From the NCBI GenBank assembly GCA_963422395.1, contig OY729431.1, forward strand, positions 1,920,001-1,984,000: a DNA stretch of 64,000 nt, in the 5' to 3' direction. Position 1 is the stretch's first letter. Each line of letters starts with the position of its first letter. Of the stretch, positions 40,765 through 49,165 are shown piece by piece. The notes beneath the pieces are model-generated. The model saw nothing but the letters and a program-made list of their open reading frames with translations, had not been told where the DNA came from and made no database searches. The position numbers and the translations under genes are program-made. This stretch comes from Vicinamibacteria bacterium (GTDB lineage Bacteria > Acidobacteriota > Vicinamibacteria > Marinacidobacterales > Marinacidobacteraceae).

Positions 40765-41978
40765 GGAAGGTCTGATCAAGATGATTTTTTAGTCGGATTC
40801 TCGATATCGGATGGAGCTCGGCTTCTACGATTCGTGAGGAAACCTCGAGTGCCGACCTTCATCGGCAGTATTCCCCCGCGCCGGGCAAGAGAGTCAGGCT
40901 CCGGGCAGCCCCCTCGGCTCTCTCCCCGAGTCTTCTCAGCAGGCGCAGCGCTCTTGCGCCCGTATCACCACTCTCCTGGCTTGGAACAGGTTCACCAGCG
41001 CGCAAGTCGCCACCACCCGATGCCAGTTCTTCTCGATGCCTCGGTACCGCACCTCCCGAAACCCGAACACCCGCTTCATCACCTGAAACGGATGCTCCAC
41101 CCGAGCCCGAACCCGCGCCTTCCTGACGTTCGCCGCCCGCTGCTGCTCGGTGAGAGGCTGATTCCGAAACGCCTTCCGCTGTGTGAAGTCCTGTGCCCGC
41201 GGCGCTACTTCTCGAATCACCTTCCGTTGCCCGCAATACGCCTTGTCCCCCCACACCCGCGTCTCCCCTCCGTGGAGCAGCTCCGCCAACACCTGCGAGT
41301 CGTGCACATTCGCCGCCGTCGCCACCACCGAATGGATCTGCTTCGTCTGCGAGTCCATCCCGATGTGCGCCTTCATCCCGAAATACCACTGCTGCCCCTT
41401 CCGTGTCGAGCCCATCTCCGGATCCCGCGCCTTCGCCCGGTTCTTCCTCGAACTCGGCGCCGTCAGGATCGTCGCGTCCACGATCGTCCCGTTCCGCACC
41501 CGCACCCCGTGCTCCGCCAGATACTCCTGGACCTGCTCGAACATCCCCTCCGTCAGGTCGTGACGCTCCAGCAGATGCCGGAACTTGCACACCGTCGTCT
41601 CATCCGGCGCCCTCTCCCGCCCCAGGTCGATCCCCACGAAGCGCCGCATCGAATCCGACTCGTAGAGCGCCTCCTCCACCCCGGGGTCCGACAGGTCGAA
41701 CCACTGCTGCAAGAAGTAGATCCGCAGCATCCGATCCAGCTCCACCGGCGGTCGCCCACGCCCCCGCTTCGGATACACCGGCGCGATCGCCGCGCACAAC
41801 GCATCCCACGGCACCACCCGGTCCATCTCTTCCAAAAACCGACGACGCCTCGTCTTCTTCCGAAACCTGTCGAATCCCGCTTCCGCAAAGCTCTTCTGAC
41901 GCATATCAACCCCCACCGCCATTCCTCAGACGATACAAATCAGAATACCCCAAACGAAATCAATAAATCAGAGGGTCC
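40765..41978 (-). mobile_element. IS5 family insertion sequence (~1.2 kb)
   Basis: Imperfect TIRs GGAAGGTCTGATCAA / TAAATCAGAGGGTCC flank the transposase. No clear target-site duplication. Confidence 0.8.
40936..41904 (-). CDS. IS5 family transposase
   Basis: MLRIYFLQQWF, PDETT, IVDAT, FGMKAHIG, WGDKAY and RARVEHPF motifs. Confidence 0.95.
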   Translation of the reverse strand: MRQKSFAEAGFDRFRKKTRRRRFLEEMDRVVPWDALCAAIAPVYPKRGRGRPPVELDRMLRIYFLQQWFDLSDPGVEEALYESDSMRRFVGIDLGRERAPDETTVCKFRHLLERHDLTEGMFEQVQEYLAEHGVRVRNGTIVDATILTAPSSRKNRAKARDPEMGSTRKGQQWYFGMKAHIGMDSQTKQIHSVVATAANVHDSQVLAELLHGGETRVWGDKAYCGQRKVIREVAPRAQDFTQRKAFRNQPLTEQQRAANVRKARVRARVEHPFQVMKRVFGFREVRYRGIEKNWHRVVATCALVNLFQARRVVIRAQERCAC

Positions 41979-41980
41979 AA

Positions 41981-42616
41981 GGTACTGGTTCGATGAGTAC
42001 GCGCTACGACAACTTAGCTCGCTCGCCACAGCAATTGAGCGGACTCGAGACGACGCAATCCGTGAAGCGTTGTGGTGCGTTTTCTCGCGTCTCATCATTG
42101 CCAATCAGTCCGGCGCATCGCTGGCGATGGACCTGTCGCATAGCCGACGCATCGGAAGTTCAAACTCGCGCCCGCAAAGCCGTTCCGCAAGTTCCTCTCC
42201 GCCGTGGAACGCGTCACCGCAAACTGCATTGACAGCAGGAATCGGAGCGGCGGGCCGACGACATTCCTGTCCGAACTGAAGCTGCAGCCGAAGCTACCGG
42301 CGAGACAGGAGGCCATGCTTGCTCGGTACATCGACGACATGCAGCGCGCTGTCGGCGAGACCTCCCGAGTCCTCGCGGAGGATGGGAGGGCAGTGAACAT
42401 GGTTGGCGAAAATAGCATACGCGGTACGTTCATCCGCAATGCAACGATCATCGAGGCGGTGCTGGCACTGCGAGGCTCCGCTGCATTGCGCGCCGTTCTC
42501 GAGAGCTGCCGGCGAACCGCCGATATCTGCCTCCTCCGTCGAAACAATCGGAAACAGCAACGCTAGGCAATCGCCTCCGGCGCGAGGTGATACTCACGTT
42601 TGGGAAGGCAGCGTAG
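41981..42616 (+). pseudogene. DNA methyltransferase remnant, frameshifted and 5'-truncated at IS5
   Basis: YWFD..FSRLII..SLAMDLSHSR / RYIDDM..ETSRVL..VGENSIRG / RELPANRRYLPPP. Lower GC than the backbone. Confidence 0.6.
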
Positions 42617-42720
42617 CCGTCGAAGTCCAGAATGTCCGGCGCTGCTCGATTCGACGCATTCCCATAGCCATACCCGCATACTGTGAAATCACCCACCGAC
42701 ATCAATCGTCCCATGAGGCT

Positions 42721-42738
42721 TTATCCACAGACTGCTAG
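42721..42738 (-). mobile_element. isolated MITE terminal repeat at the DUF4276 stop codon
   Basis: Reverse complement CTAGCAGTCTGTGGATAA is identical to the element end at 58723. Confidence 0.7.
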
Positions 42739-43406
42739 CGGGTTCCTAGTTCTTCGAGTCGGGCGACCCACCGGCCGAACAACGGACAGGCCGCCTTCAT
42801 CCGGGGGATTCCGATTTCGCGGGCGATGGAAATGCCGGTCGTCGTCTTCTTGAAACCCGCAGCGAGGCCGTAGAGTCGCTTCGAGGGGGCGCTGGTCGGC
42901 GAGTCGTCGATCTCCTCCGGCGCGCCGCAATCGTCGAGGATCGTCCGAACCTTTCTGCTGTCCACTCCAAGGTGTTTCGCCAGGATCTCCGAGTCGCTGA
43001 ACCACAGGGATTCCAATTCGAACATGGACACATAGGGCACGAACCGCTTCCGCACCTGGTCTTCCCCGAACTGACCGGAAAGTTTTTCAACCGTTGCCTC
43101 CATCAGGAGGCGGGCTTTCTCTTCGTGCCCGGTGATCCGCTTCGATTTCTGGTAACCCGGCCAGGTGTTGCGGATTCCGTAGTAATCCACGACGAGCGTC
43201 ACCCAGGTATCGGACCGCTGCTTCAGATGCGTTCCGATATCCCGCTCGGCCCGGCCGAACTGTACATTTCCTCCCCGTTTCCCGAGGATGGTCGGCGTCA
43301 TCGAAACATAGGCCCGATCTATCAGGTAGGGAGCGAGGACCGAGGCGACGAATATCTTCTCGGTCTCCCCCTCGACGAGGGCAACGACCTCGGCAGGCTT
43401 ACCCAT
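42735..43406 (-). CDS. DUF4276 family protein (TOPRIM-like)
   Basis: LVEGETE, VVDYYG, FELESLWFSD, PEEIDD..APSKRL and CPLFGRW motifs. Confidence 0.85.
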   Translation of the reverse strand: MGKPAEVVALVEGETEKIFVASVLAPYLIDRAYVSMTPTILGKRGGNVQFGRAERDIGTHLKQRSDTWVTLVVDYYGIRNTWPGYQKSKRITGHEEKARLLMEATVEKLSGQFGEDQVRKRFVPYVSMFELESLWFSDSEILAKHLGVDSRKVRTILDDCGAPEEIDDSPTSAPSKRLYGLAAGFKKTTTGISIAREIGIPRMKAACPLFGRWVARLEELGTR

Positions 43407-44517
43407 AGACCGGACCGCCGCTGATCACATTCTTGGTCCAGAGCTCGCCAGTGCTGTATTCCTCGAGCCACTTTTGAAAATCTCTCTCGTCGAGCCGCTC
43501 GAAACGGGATTCCCCATTCCGAAGGGAGACCACCACGATGTCGTCGATCGAAAAGCAATCCACGAACAGCGGGGACTGGGTGGCGGCGATCACCCGGGCC
43601 TTCCGCGACGCACTCTGGACGAGCTCGCCCAGGATGTGGATCGCCGCAGGGTGGAGTCCCAGCTCCGGTTCGTCCACGACGATGGCCGACGGCGGATTCG
43701 GCTGCAGCAGCGCCGCCGCCAGGCAGACGAAGCGGATGGATCCATCCGACAGCTGGTGCGGCTGCATCGGATAGTCCGATCCCCTGGCGCGCCAGGAGAG
43801 CCGCACTTTCACCTTCGGTCCAAACCTCTCGGGCTGCAGCAGGAAGTCGTCCAGGTAGGGCACGACCAGACGGCACGCCTCCAGGATCTCGCGATACGCA
43901 CTCGGCGCAGATGTTCGCAACCGCAGCAGGAACGGCGCGACATTCCTCCCGTCCCGCCGGAGCCGCTCGTTGTCCTCCACGATCTCGTCGTGCCGCATTC
44001 CCGCGGTCGCGCTGGTGTCGTGGAAGTGGTAGATCGTCCAAGCCCTGACGGCCTGACAGACGGGCAAGCTGTAGCGCCCCTGCCCCTCCGGGTCGCTCTC
44101 GACTTCCTCGACGAGTCGGGAGCGGCCGTCCGGGCTGTCTCCGAGCTCCCACCAATCGTGTTGCCCGGGCTCGAAGTAACGAGCTTCGTGGGTCAAGGCG
44201 TATTTCCGCGGCGTTTCTTCGATGTCGAAACGATGACCGCGCGGACCGAAGCGGGTCTCGAAGTGCATCCGGCGCGTCGTCTTCCGCCCGCGGAAAAGGA
44301 GATCGCCGACCCCGCCGCTTTCGCGGATGTACCCATCCAGGTCGTTCTCCATGAGCGACCGGAGCAGCCGGAAGAACGAGATCAGGTTGCTCTTGCCGGC
44401 GCCGTTCGCGCCGATCAGGACATTCAGGTTCTTCAACTCGAAGTTCTCCAGCGCGCGGATGGACCGGAACCCACGGATCGTGATCCGGTCCAGGCGCGCG
44501 GGGGTGTCCATCGGCAT
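43399..44517 (-). CDS. AAA_21/ABC-type ATPase
   Basis: GANGAGKSN, LSDGSIRF, VVDEPELGLHP and ATQS motifs. Overlaps the DUF4276 start. Confidence 0.9.
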   Translation of the reverse strand: MPMDTPARLDRITIRGFRSIRALENFELKNLNVLIGANGAGKSNLISFFRLLRSLMENDLDGYIRESGGVGDLLFRGRKTTRRMHFETRFGPRGHRFDIEETPRKYALTHEARYFEPGQHDWWELGDSPDGRSRLVEEVESDPEGQGRYSLPVCQAVRAWTIYHFHDTSATAGMRHDEIVEDNERLRRDGRNVAPFLLRLRTSAPSAYREILEACRLVVPYLDDFLLQPERFGPKVKVRLSWRARGSDYPMQPHQLSDGSIRFVCLAAALLQPNPPSAIVVDEPELGLHPAAIHILGELVQSASRKARVIAATQSPLFVDCFSIDDIVVVSLRNGESRFERLDERDFQKWLEEYSTGELWTKNVISGGPVYG

Positions 44518-44649
44518 GACTCAGCGGCGGGAGCAGGCAGCAGCCCCCGCGCACGATGGTAAACGCCCCCCCCCGGGGGGGCGTTTGCGCGAAGACAGCA
44601 GCTGGACGGTCGGCCCTCCCTCAGGGGGCCGCCCGGTTAGAATTCCGTA

Positions 44650-45159
44650 GTGGCCGAGGCGGGAGCGCGGGGGAGCGCCCGGCAGCCGCCGCCGCCGCGA
44701 GCCGGGGGCCGGGAAGAACCGCAGGACGGGGGCCGGGAGCTGGCCAACCCTTTCGTCCCCGGTGCGCTCGGGCTGCTGCTGCCGGGGCTCGGCCACATCG
44801 TGCTCGGGCGGCCGGGAACCGGGGCGGTGTTCCTGGCCACCATCGGCCTGCTCTTCGGCTTCGGGATCGGGATGGAGGGAGAGCTGTTCGCGCTCGAGGC
44901 CGGAGCCCCGTTGACACTGCTCGCCGGGCTCGCCGAAATGGGCGCCGGCGGCCTCTATGCCGCGGCCCGGATCTTCGGGTTCGGAGAAGGAAATCCCGCT
45001 GCCGCGACCTACGAATACGGCTACGCCTTCCTGATCGTGGCCGGCCTCCTGAACCTGCTCGTGGTGCTCGACGCCTGGGACATCGCCACCGGGGCTCGGC
45101 GGGCCGACGACGACGACGGATCGGCCCCTGCCGGCAGCTCGGCTCCCACCGACGGATGA
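44650..45159 (+). CDS. membrane protein (DUF6677-like)
   Basis: LLPGLGHIVLGR...YEYGYAFLIVAGLLNLLVVLDAWDIA. TAGAAT lies 6 nt before the GTG. Confidence 0.7.
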   Translation: MAEAGARGSARQPPPPRAGGREEPQDGGRELANPFVPGALGLLLPGLGHIVLGRPGTGAVFLATIGLLFGFGIGMEGELFALEAGAPLTLLAGLAEMGAGGLYAAARIFGFGEGNPAAATYEYGYAFLIVAGLLNLLVVLDAWDIATGARRADDDDGSAPAGSSAPTDG

Positions 45160-45326
45160 CTCATTTCGCCGCGCTCACCCTCTTCGCGGCGCTGGTGTCG
45201 CCGGCCTTCGCCTGCCTGATGCGCGAAGGGCTCCGGGCGCGGGTCCGGTTCACGCTCTGGGCCTTCGGCTGCTTCCTGGGCTTCGCCTTCGGAATGGGCT
45301 GGATCATGTTCCTCCTGGGCGGCTGA
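45156..45326 (+). CDS. small two-TM membrane protein (56 aa)
   Basis: MTHFAALTLFAALVS...FAFGMGWIMF. ATGA overlap with the upstream gene. Confidence 0.65.
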   Translation: MTHFAALTLFAALVSPAFACLMREGLRARVRFTLWAFGCFLGFAFGMGWIMFLLGG

Positions 45327-45337
45327 TCCGCATCATC

Positions 45338-46591
45338 GTGGCCGCTAGCGCGCGGCTCGATCCGCCCGCTGCTCCGCTTCCCTTGACCGGCGTCCTGCCG
45401 ATCCTGGGGATCGCGGTTCTCCTCGGGATCGCCTGGGCTCTCTCCGAGAATCGCCGCCGCTTCCCCTGGCGGATCGCGCTCTGGTCGCTGACCCTGCAGC
45501 TCGGCTTCGCGCTCCTCGTCCTCAAGAGCTCGTTCGGGGTGGCGGCGCTCGCCGCCGCGGCGAACGGCGTGGACCTCGCCCTCCAGCAGGCGAACGCGGG
45601 GATCGAACTGTTGTTCGGCCCGCTCGCCGACCGCGAACGGTTCGGGGTCATCCTGGCGATCTCGGCGCTGCCGGCGATCGTCTATGTGGCCGCGGTCTTC
45701 TCGGTCCTCTACTACCTGGGCATCCTGCAACTGGCGGTTCTCGGCATGGCCCGGGGGATGGTTCGCACCCTCGGCACCAGCGGCGCCGAGACCCTCGCTG
45801 CCGCCGCCAATGTATTCATGGGGCAGACCGAGGCTCCGCTGATCGTGGCCCCCTATCTGAAGCGGATGACCCGGTCCGAACTCCACGCGGTCATGGTCTC
45901 GGGGATGGCCACGGTGTCCGGCGGGATGCTGGCCGCCTTCATCGCCCTCGGAGTGGACGCCCGCTTCCTGCTGGCGGCCAGCCTGGTGAACGCGCCGGCG
46001 GCGCTGCTGCTGGCGAAGATCCTCGTCCCCGAGCAGGCGGTTCCGGAAACCGCCGGGCGGGTGGAATACCGGGTGGAGCGCACCTCGGTGAATCTGATCG
46101 ACGCCGCGGCGGCCGGGGCTTCCGCCGGAATGAAACTGGTGCTGAATGTGGTGGCGATGCTGATCGCCTTCCTCAGCATCGTGGCGCTCATCGATCTGCC
46201 CCTGGGAGTGGTCGGCCTTTCGCTTTCGGGCATCCTCGGCTGGGTCTTCGCTCCGGTCGCCTTTCTGATCGGAGTTCCCCTCGGCGAGGTCGGAACGGTG
46301 GCAGCGATGCTTGGCAGGAAATTGATCCTGAACGAGTTCGTCGCCTACCTCGATCTGGCCGCGCTCAAGGCGGAAGGAACGCTGTCGCTCAAGAGCGAAG
46401 TCATCGCCACCTTCGCGCTCTGCGGCTTCGCCAATCTCGGTTCCGTCGGCATCCAGATCGGAGGGATCGGCGCGATCGCTCCTGCCCGCAAGCAGGATCT
46501 GGCCCGGCTCGGACTGCGGGCGCTCGCCGGCGGCACCATCGCCACCCTGATCACCGCGGCCATCGCGGGAATGCTCACCGCCGCACCGTGA
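45338..46591 (+). CDS. nupC: CNT-family (NupC) nucleoside transporter
   Basis: ANVFMGQTEAPL, MTRSEL, GMATVSG, KLILNEFVAY and LCGFAN motifs. Confidence 0.93.
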   Translation: MAASARLDPPAAPLPLTGVLPILGIAVLLGIAWALSENRRRFPWRIALWSLTLQLGFALLVLKSSFGVAALAAAANGVDLALQQANAGIELLFGPLADRERFGVILAISALPAIVYVAAVFSVLYYLGILQLAVLGMARGMVRTLGTSGAETLAAAANVFMGQTEAPLIVAPYLKRMTRSELHAVMVSGMATVSGGMLAAFIALGVDARFLLAASLVNAPAALLLAKILVPEQAVPETAGRVEYRVERTSVNLIDAAAAGASAGMKLVLNVVAMLIAFLSIVALIDLPLGVVGLSLSGILGWVFAPVAFLIGVPLGEVGTVAAMLGRKLILNEFVAYLDLAALKAEGTLSLKSEVIATFALCGFANLGSVGIQIGGIGAIAPARKQDLARLGLRALAGGTIATLITAAIAGMLTAAP

Positions 46592-46607
46592 AGCAGCCGG
46601 CAGCGCC

Positions 46608-47474
46608 ATGAAGAAACCGGTCGCGGCGCAGCTCGACGCCGCCGCGGAAGCGGTGCGGAAGCGGATCGGCGATGGCCAACCGCTCCCGAAAGCGGGTCTG
46701 GTGCTCGGCTCCGGTCTCGCGGGGGCCGCCGAAGCGGTCCGGGACGCCCGCTCCCTGCCGTATGCGGAGATCCCCGGACTCGCCGCCTGTTCGGCGCCCG
46801 GCCACCGGAGCCGGCTCGTCGTCGGGGAGTTTCCGGCGGAAACCGGGCCGCCGCTGCCGCTGTTCGTGCTCTCGGGAAGACACCACCTCTACGAAGGCCG
46901 GACTCCCGACGAGGCGGTCTTCGGAGTGCGCCTCCTCGGCGCTCTCGGCGCCTCGAAGCTGATCCTCACCGCTGCCACCGGCGCTATCCGCCCCGGTCTC
47001 GAAGTCGGCGGTTTCCTGCGGATCAGCGACCATCTCAACCTGACCGGAGCGAGTCCGCTCGAAGGGCCGGAACCGGGGCCGGAGCCGCGGTTTCCCGACC
47101 TGACCGAGGCCTGGGACGGAGCGCTCGGAGCGGCGCTCGGGCGGGCCGCCGCCCGGATCGGGGCGCCCTTGCCGTCCGGGGTGTACGCCGGAGTGCGCGG
47201 GCCGCAGTTCGAAACCCCGGCAGAGATCCGGATGCTGCGGACGATGGGGGCCGATGTGGTCGGCATGTCCGTCGTGCTCGAGGCGATCGCCGCCCGCCCG
47301 CTGGGAATTCGCCTGGCCGGGCTCGCCTTCGCGTCGAACCTCGCTGCCGGAATTTCCGACCGGGCGCTCGACGCGGGCCAGGTGAACGAAGCGGCGGAGC
47401 GCGCCGTCCCCACCCTGATCCGCCTGCTCTCGGCCGCCGCCGCCGAACCAGAGTTCCGGGGAGCCGGTAGGTAG
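46608..47474 (+). CDS. purine-nucleoside phosphorylase (trimeric type)
   Basis: VLGSGL, GRHHLYEG, GPQFETPAE and GADVVGMS motifs. Confidence 0.9.
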   Translation: MKKPVAAQLDAAAEAVRKRIGDGQPLPKAGLVLGSGLAGAAEAVRDARSLPYAEIPGLAACSAPGHRSRLVVGEFPAETGPPLPLFVLSGRHHLYEGRTPDEAVFGVRLLGALGASKLILTAATGAIRPGLEVGGFLRISDHLNLTGASPLEGPEPGPEPRFPDLTEAWDGALGAALGRAAARIGAPLPSGVYAGVRGPQFETPAEIRMLRTMGADVVGMSVVLEAIAARPLGIRLAGLAFASNLAAGISDRALDAGQVNEAAERAVPTLIRLLSAAAAEPEFRGAGR

Positions 47475-47515
47475 CCCGCCAGGAAGCCGCAGCGGAGGAC
47501 GCCCGCTCCCTCAGA

Positions 47516-48100
47516 CTATTTCGAGTCGAGCACCCCCACATAGGGGAGCTGGCGGTAGCGGCCGGCGTAGTCGAGGCCGTATCCGACCAGGAAGTGGTCG
47601 GGGACCACGAAACCGGTGAAATCGGCCTCGATCGGCATCCGGCGGCGGCCCGGCTTCGACAGCAGCGCCACGGAACGAAGGGAGCGCGGCGCCGAGGGGG
47701 TGACCGCCCGAACGAGTGCCTCGAGCGCCGTTCCGGTGTCCACGATGTCCTCGACGATCATCACCTCCCGGTCCGTGAGCGTCTCCGGGTGGTACAGCTC
47801 GACCGCCGGTACGCCGGGCTCGGTCCCGTCGCCGTACGAGGCCACCCGGCAGAAATCCACGGTCAGCTCCATGCCGAGCGCATCCAACCGGCGGGCCAGG
47901 TCCGCCGCGAACACGAAGGCGCCGCGGAGCACCACCAGCAGGTGGAGATTGCAGTCGGCATGAGCGGCGGCGATCTCTTCGGCGAGCGTCCCCACCCGTT
48001 CGGCGAGGATCTCCGCCGAGAGGAATTCGGCGGGTCGGGAGGCCCGGGGCACGCTCCGGGCCGACGGAGAGGAGTCCGCCGGGCTGCGAGCCTCGATCAC
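47516..48100 (-). CDS. hpt: hypoxanthine phosphoribosyltransferase (start uncertain)
   Basis: VLRGAFVFAADL, VEDIVDTG and FLVGYGLDY motifs. Confidence 0.9.
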   Translation of the reverse strand: MIEARSPADSSPSARSVPRASRPAEFLSAEILAERVGTLAEEIAAAHADCNLHLLVVLRGAFVFAADLARRLDALGMELTVDFCRVASYGDGTEPGVPAVELYHPETLTDREVMIVEDIVDTGTALEALVRAVTPSAPRSLRSVALLSKPGRRRMPIEADFTGFVVPDHFLVGYGLDYAGRYRQLPYVGVLDSK

Positions 48101-48148
48101 TGGCAACCTTGTGGATGAAGTGGATCGAGGGCGGTGAACCACCGGCTG

Positions 48149-49126
48149 TCAGGTGGGAAAGAGCCCGAAGGTGACGCTGATGACCCCCACCGCCTCCACC
48201 GGTTCGCCGTCCTTGATCGCCGGCTCCCAGCGGTAGAGCCGAGCGTGGCGGCGGGCGGTCTCGACGCAGGCGCGGCAACCGGACTTGATGACGCCGAGCA
48301 CCTCGGTGCTGCCGTCGAGCTTCACCAGCACCTGCAGCATCACTTCGCCGCTGACCCGCCGCCGTCGCGCCGACTCGGGATACGGCGGCTCCGGAGGTTC
48401 GTAGATCAGGCGCGGCTCGATGTCGTAACCGCCGGGTCGGTAGGCCCCGCCGCCCGAACCGCCGCCCGTTCCGGGACCGACCCCCCAGCCCTGCCCTTCC
48501 CCGGTACCGATGCCGTCGCCGCCGCCGATCCCTCCGCCCTCTCCCGCGCTCGGCGCGCTGTCCCGCCCGCCGTTTTCGCTGAAGGCGGAAAGCGAGAGGC
48601 CCGGAGCCGCAACCGCCTGCGGGGAAAAGACGCTTCCCAGTGCGATCTCCGAGAGATCGGGCAAGTCGGCGAGGTTTTCGAGATCTTCGAAACGAAGCGG
48701 GCGGGGCTTCCTCGGCGCGATCGGCGCCTCCCGCGGAGTCTCGGTCTCGGGTTCGGGTTCCGGCGGCGGGGTCTCGACCCGGACCGGGATGTAAGCGCTG
48801 ATCCGCTCGCCGCGGCTGCCCCCGCCACCACCTCCGCCTCCCGGGCCCTCGCCTCCGGCGATCCGGAAATCGAAACGGGGAATTCCGTTCCGACCCTCGG
48901 ACGACGACTCGAAGAGCTGCCAACCGGGGAAGAGAAGGAGCGCGGCGATGGCGAGATGGACCGCCGCGGACACCGCCGCCGACCCCCGCTTCCAGAGGGG
49001 TGCTCCCGGCCCGAAGGGCGCACCACCCGACGAGAGACCGGCGAGCCAGTTCTCCGAAGGGCGGGGCGGAATTCGCACGCCCGCCGCTTCCGGACTTTCC
49101 GGTTCCGGGCTTGCTGCAGCGTCCAT
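48149..49126 (-). CDS. energy transducer TonB family protein
   Basis: SAAVH TM segment, Gly/Pro-rich linker, PPYPESARRRRVSGEV and PAIKDGEPV motifs. Confidence 0.85.
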   Translation of the reverse strand: MDAAASPEPESPEAAGVRIPPRPSENWLAGLSSGGAPFGPGAPLWKRGSAAVSAAVHLAIAALLLFPGWQLFESSSEGRNGIPRFDFRIAGGEGPGGGGGGGGSRGERISAYIPVRVETPPPEPEPETETPREAPIAPRKPRPLRFEDLENLADLPDLSEIALGSVFSPQAVAAPGLSLSAFSENGGRDSAPSAGEGGGIGGGDGIGTGEGQGWGVGPGTGGGSGGGAYRPGGYDIEPRLIYEPPEPPYPESARRRRVSGEVMLQVLVKLDGSTEVLGVIKSGCRACVETARRHARLYRWEPAIKDGEPVEAVGVISVTFGLFPT

Positions 49127-49165
49127 CAGATCTGTTCCGACCTCACCCGAACGGGGTCATGCTAG

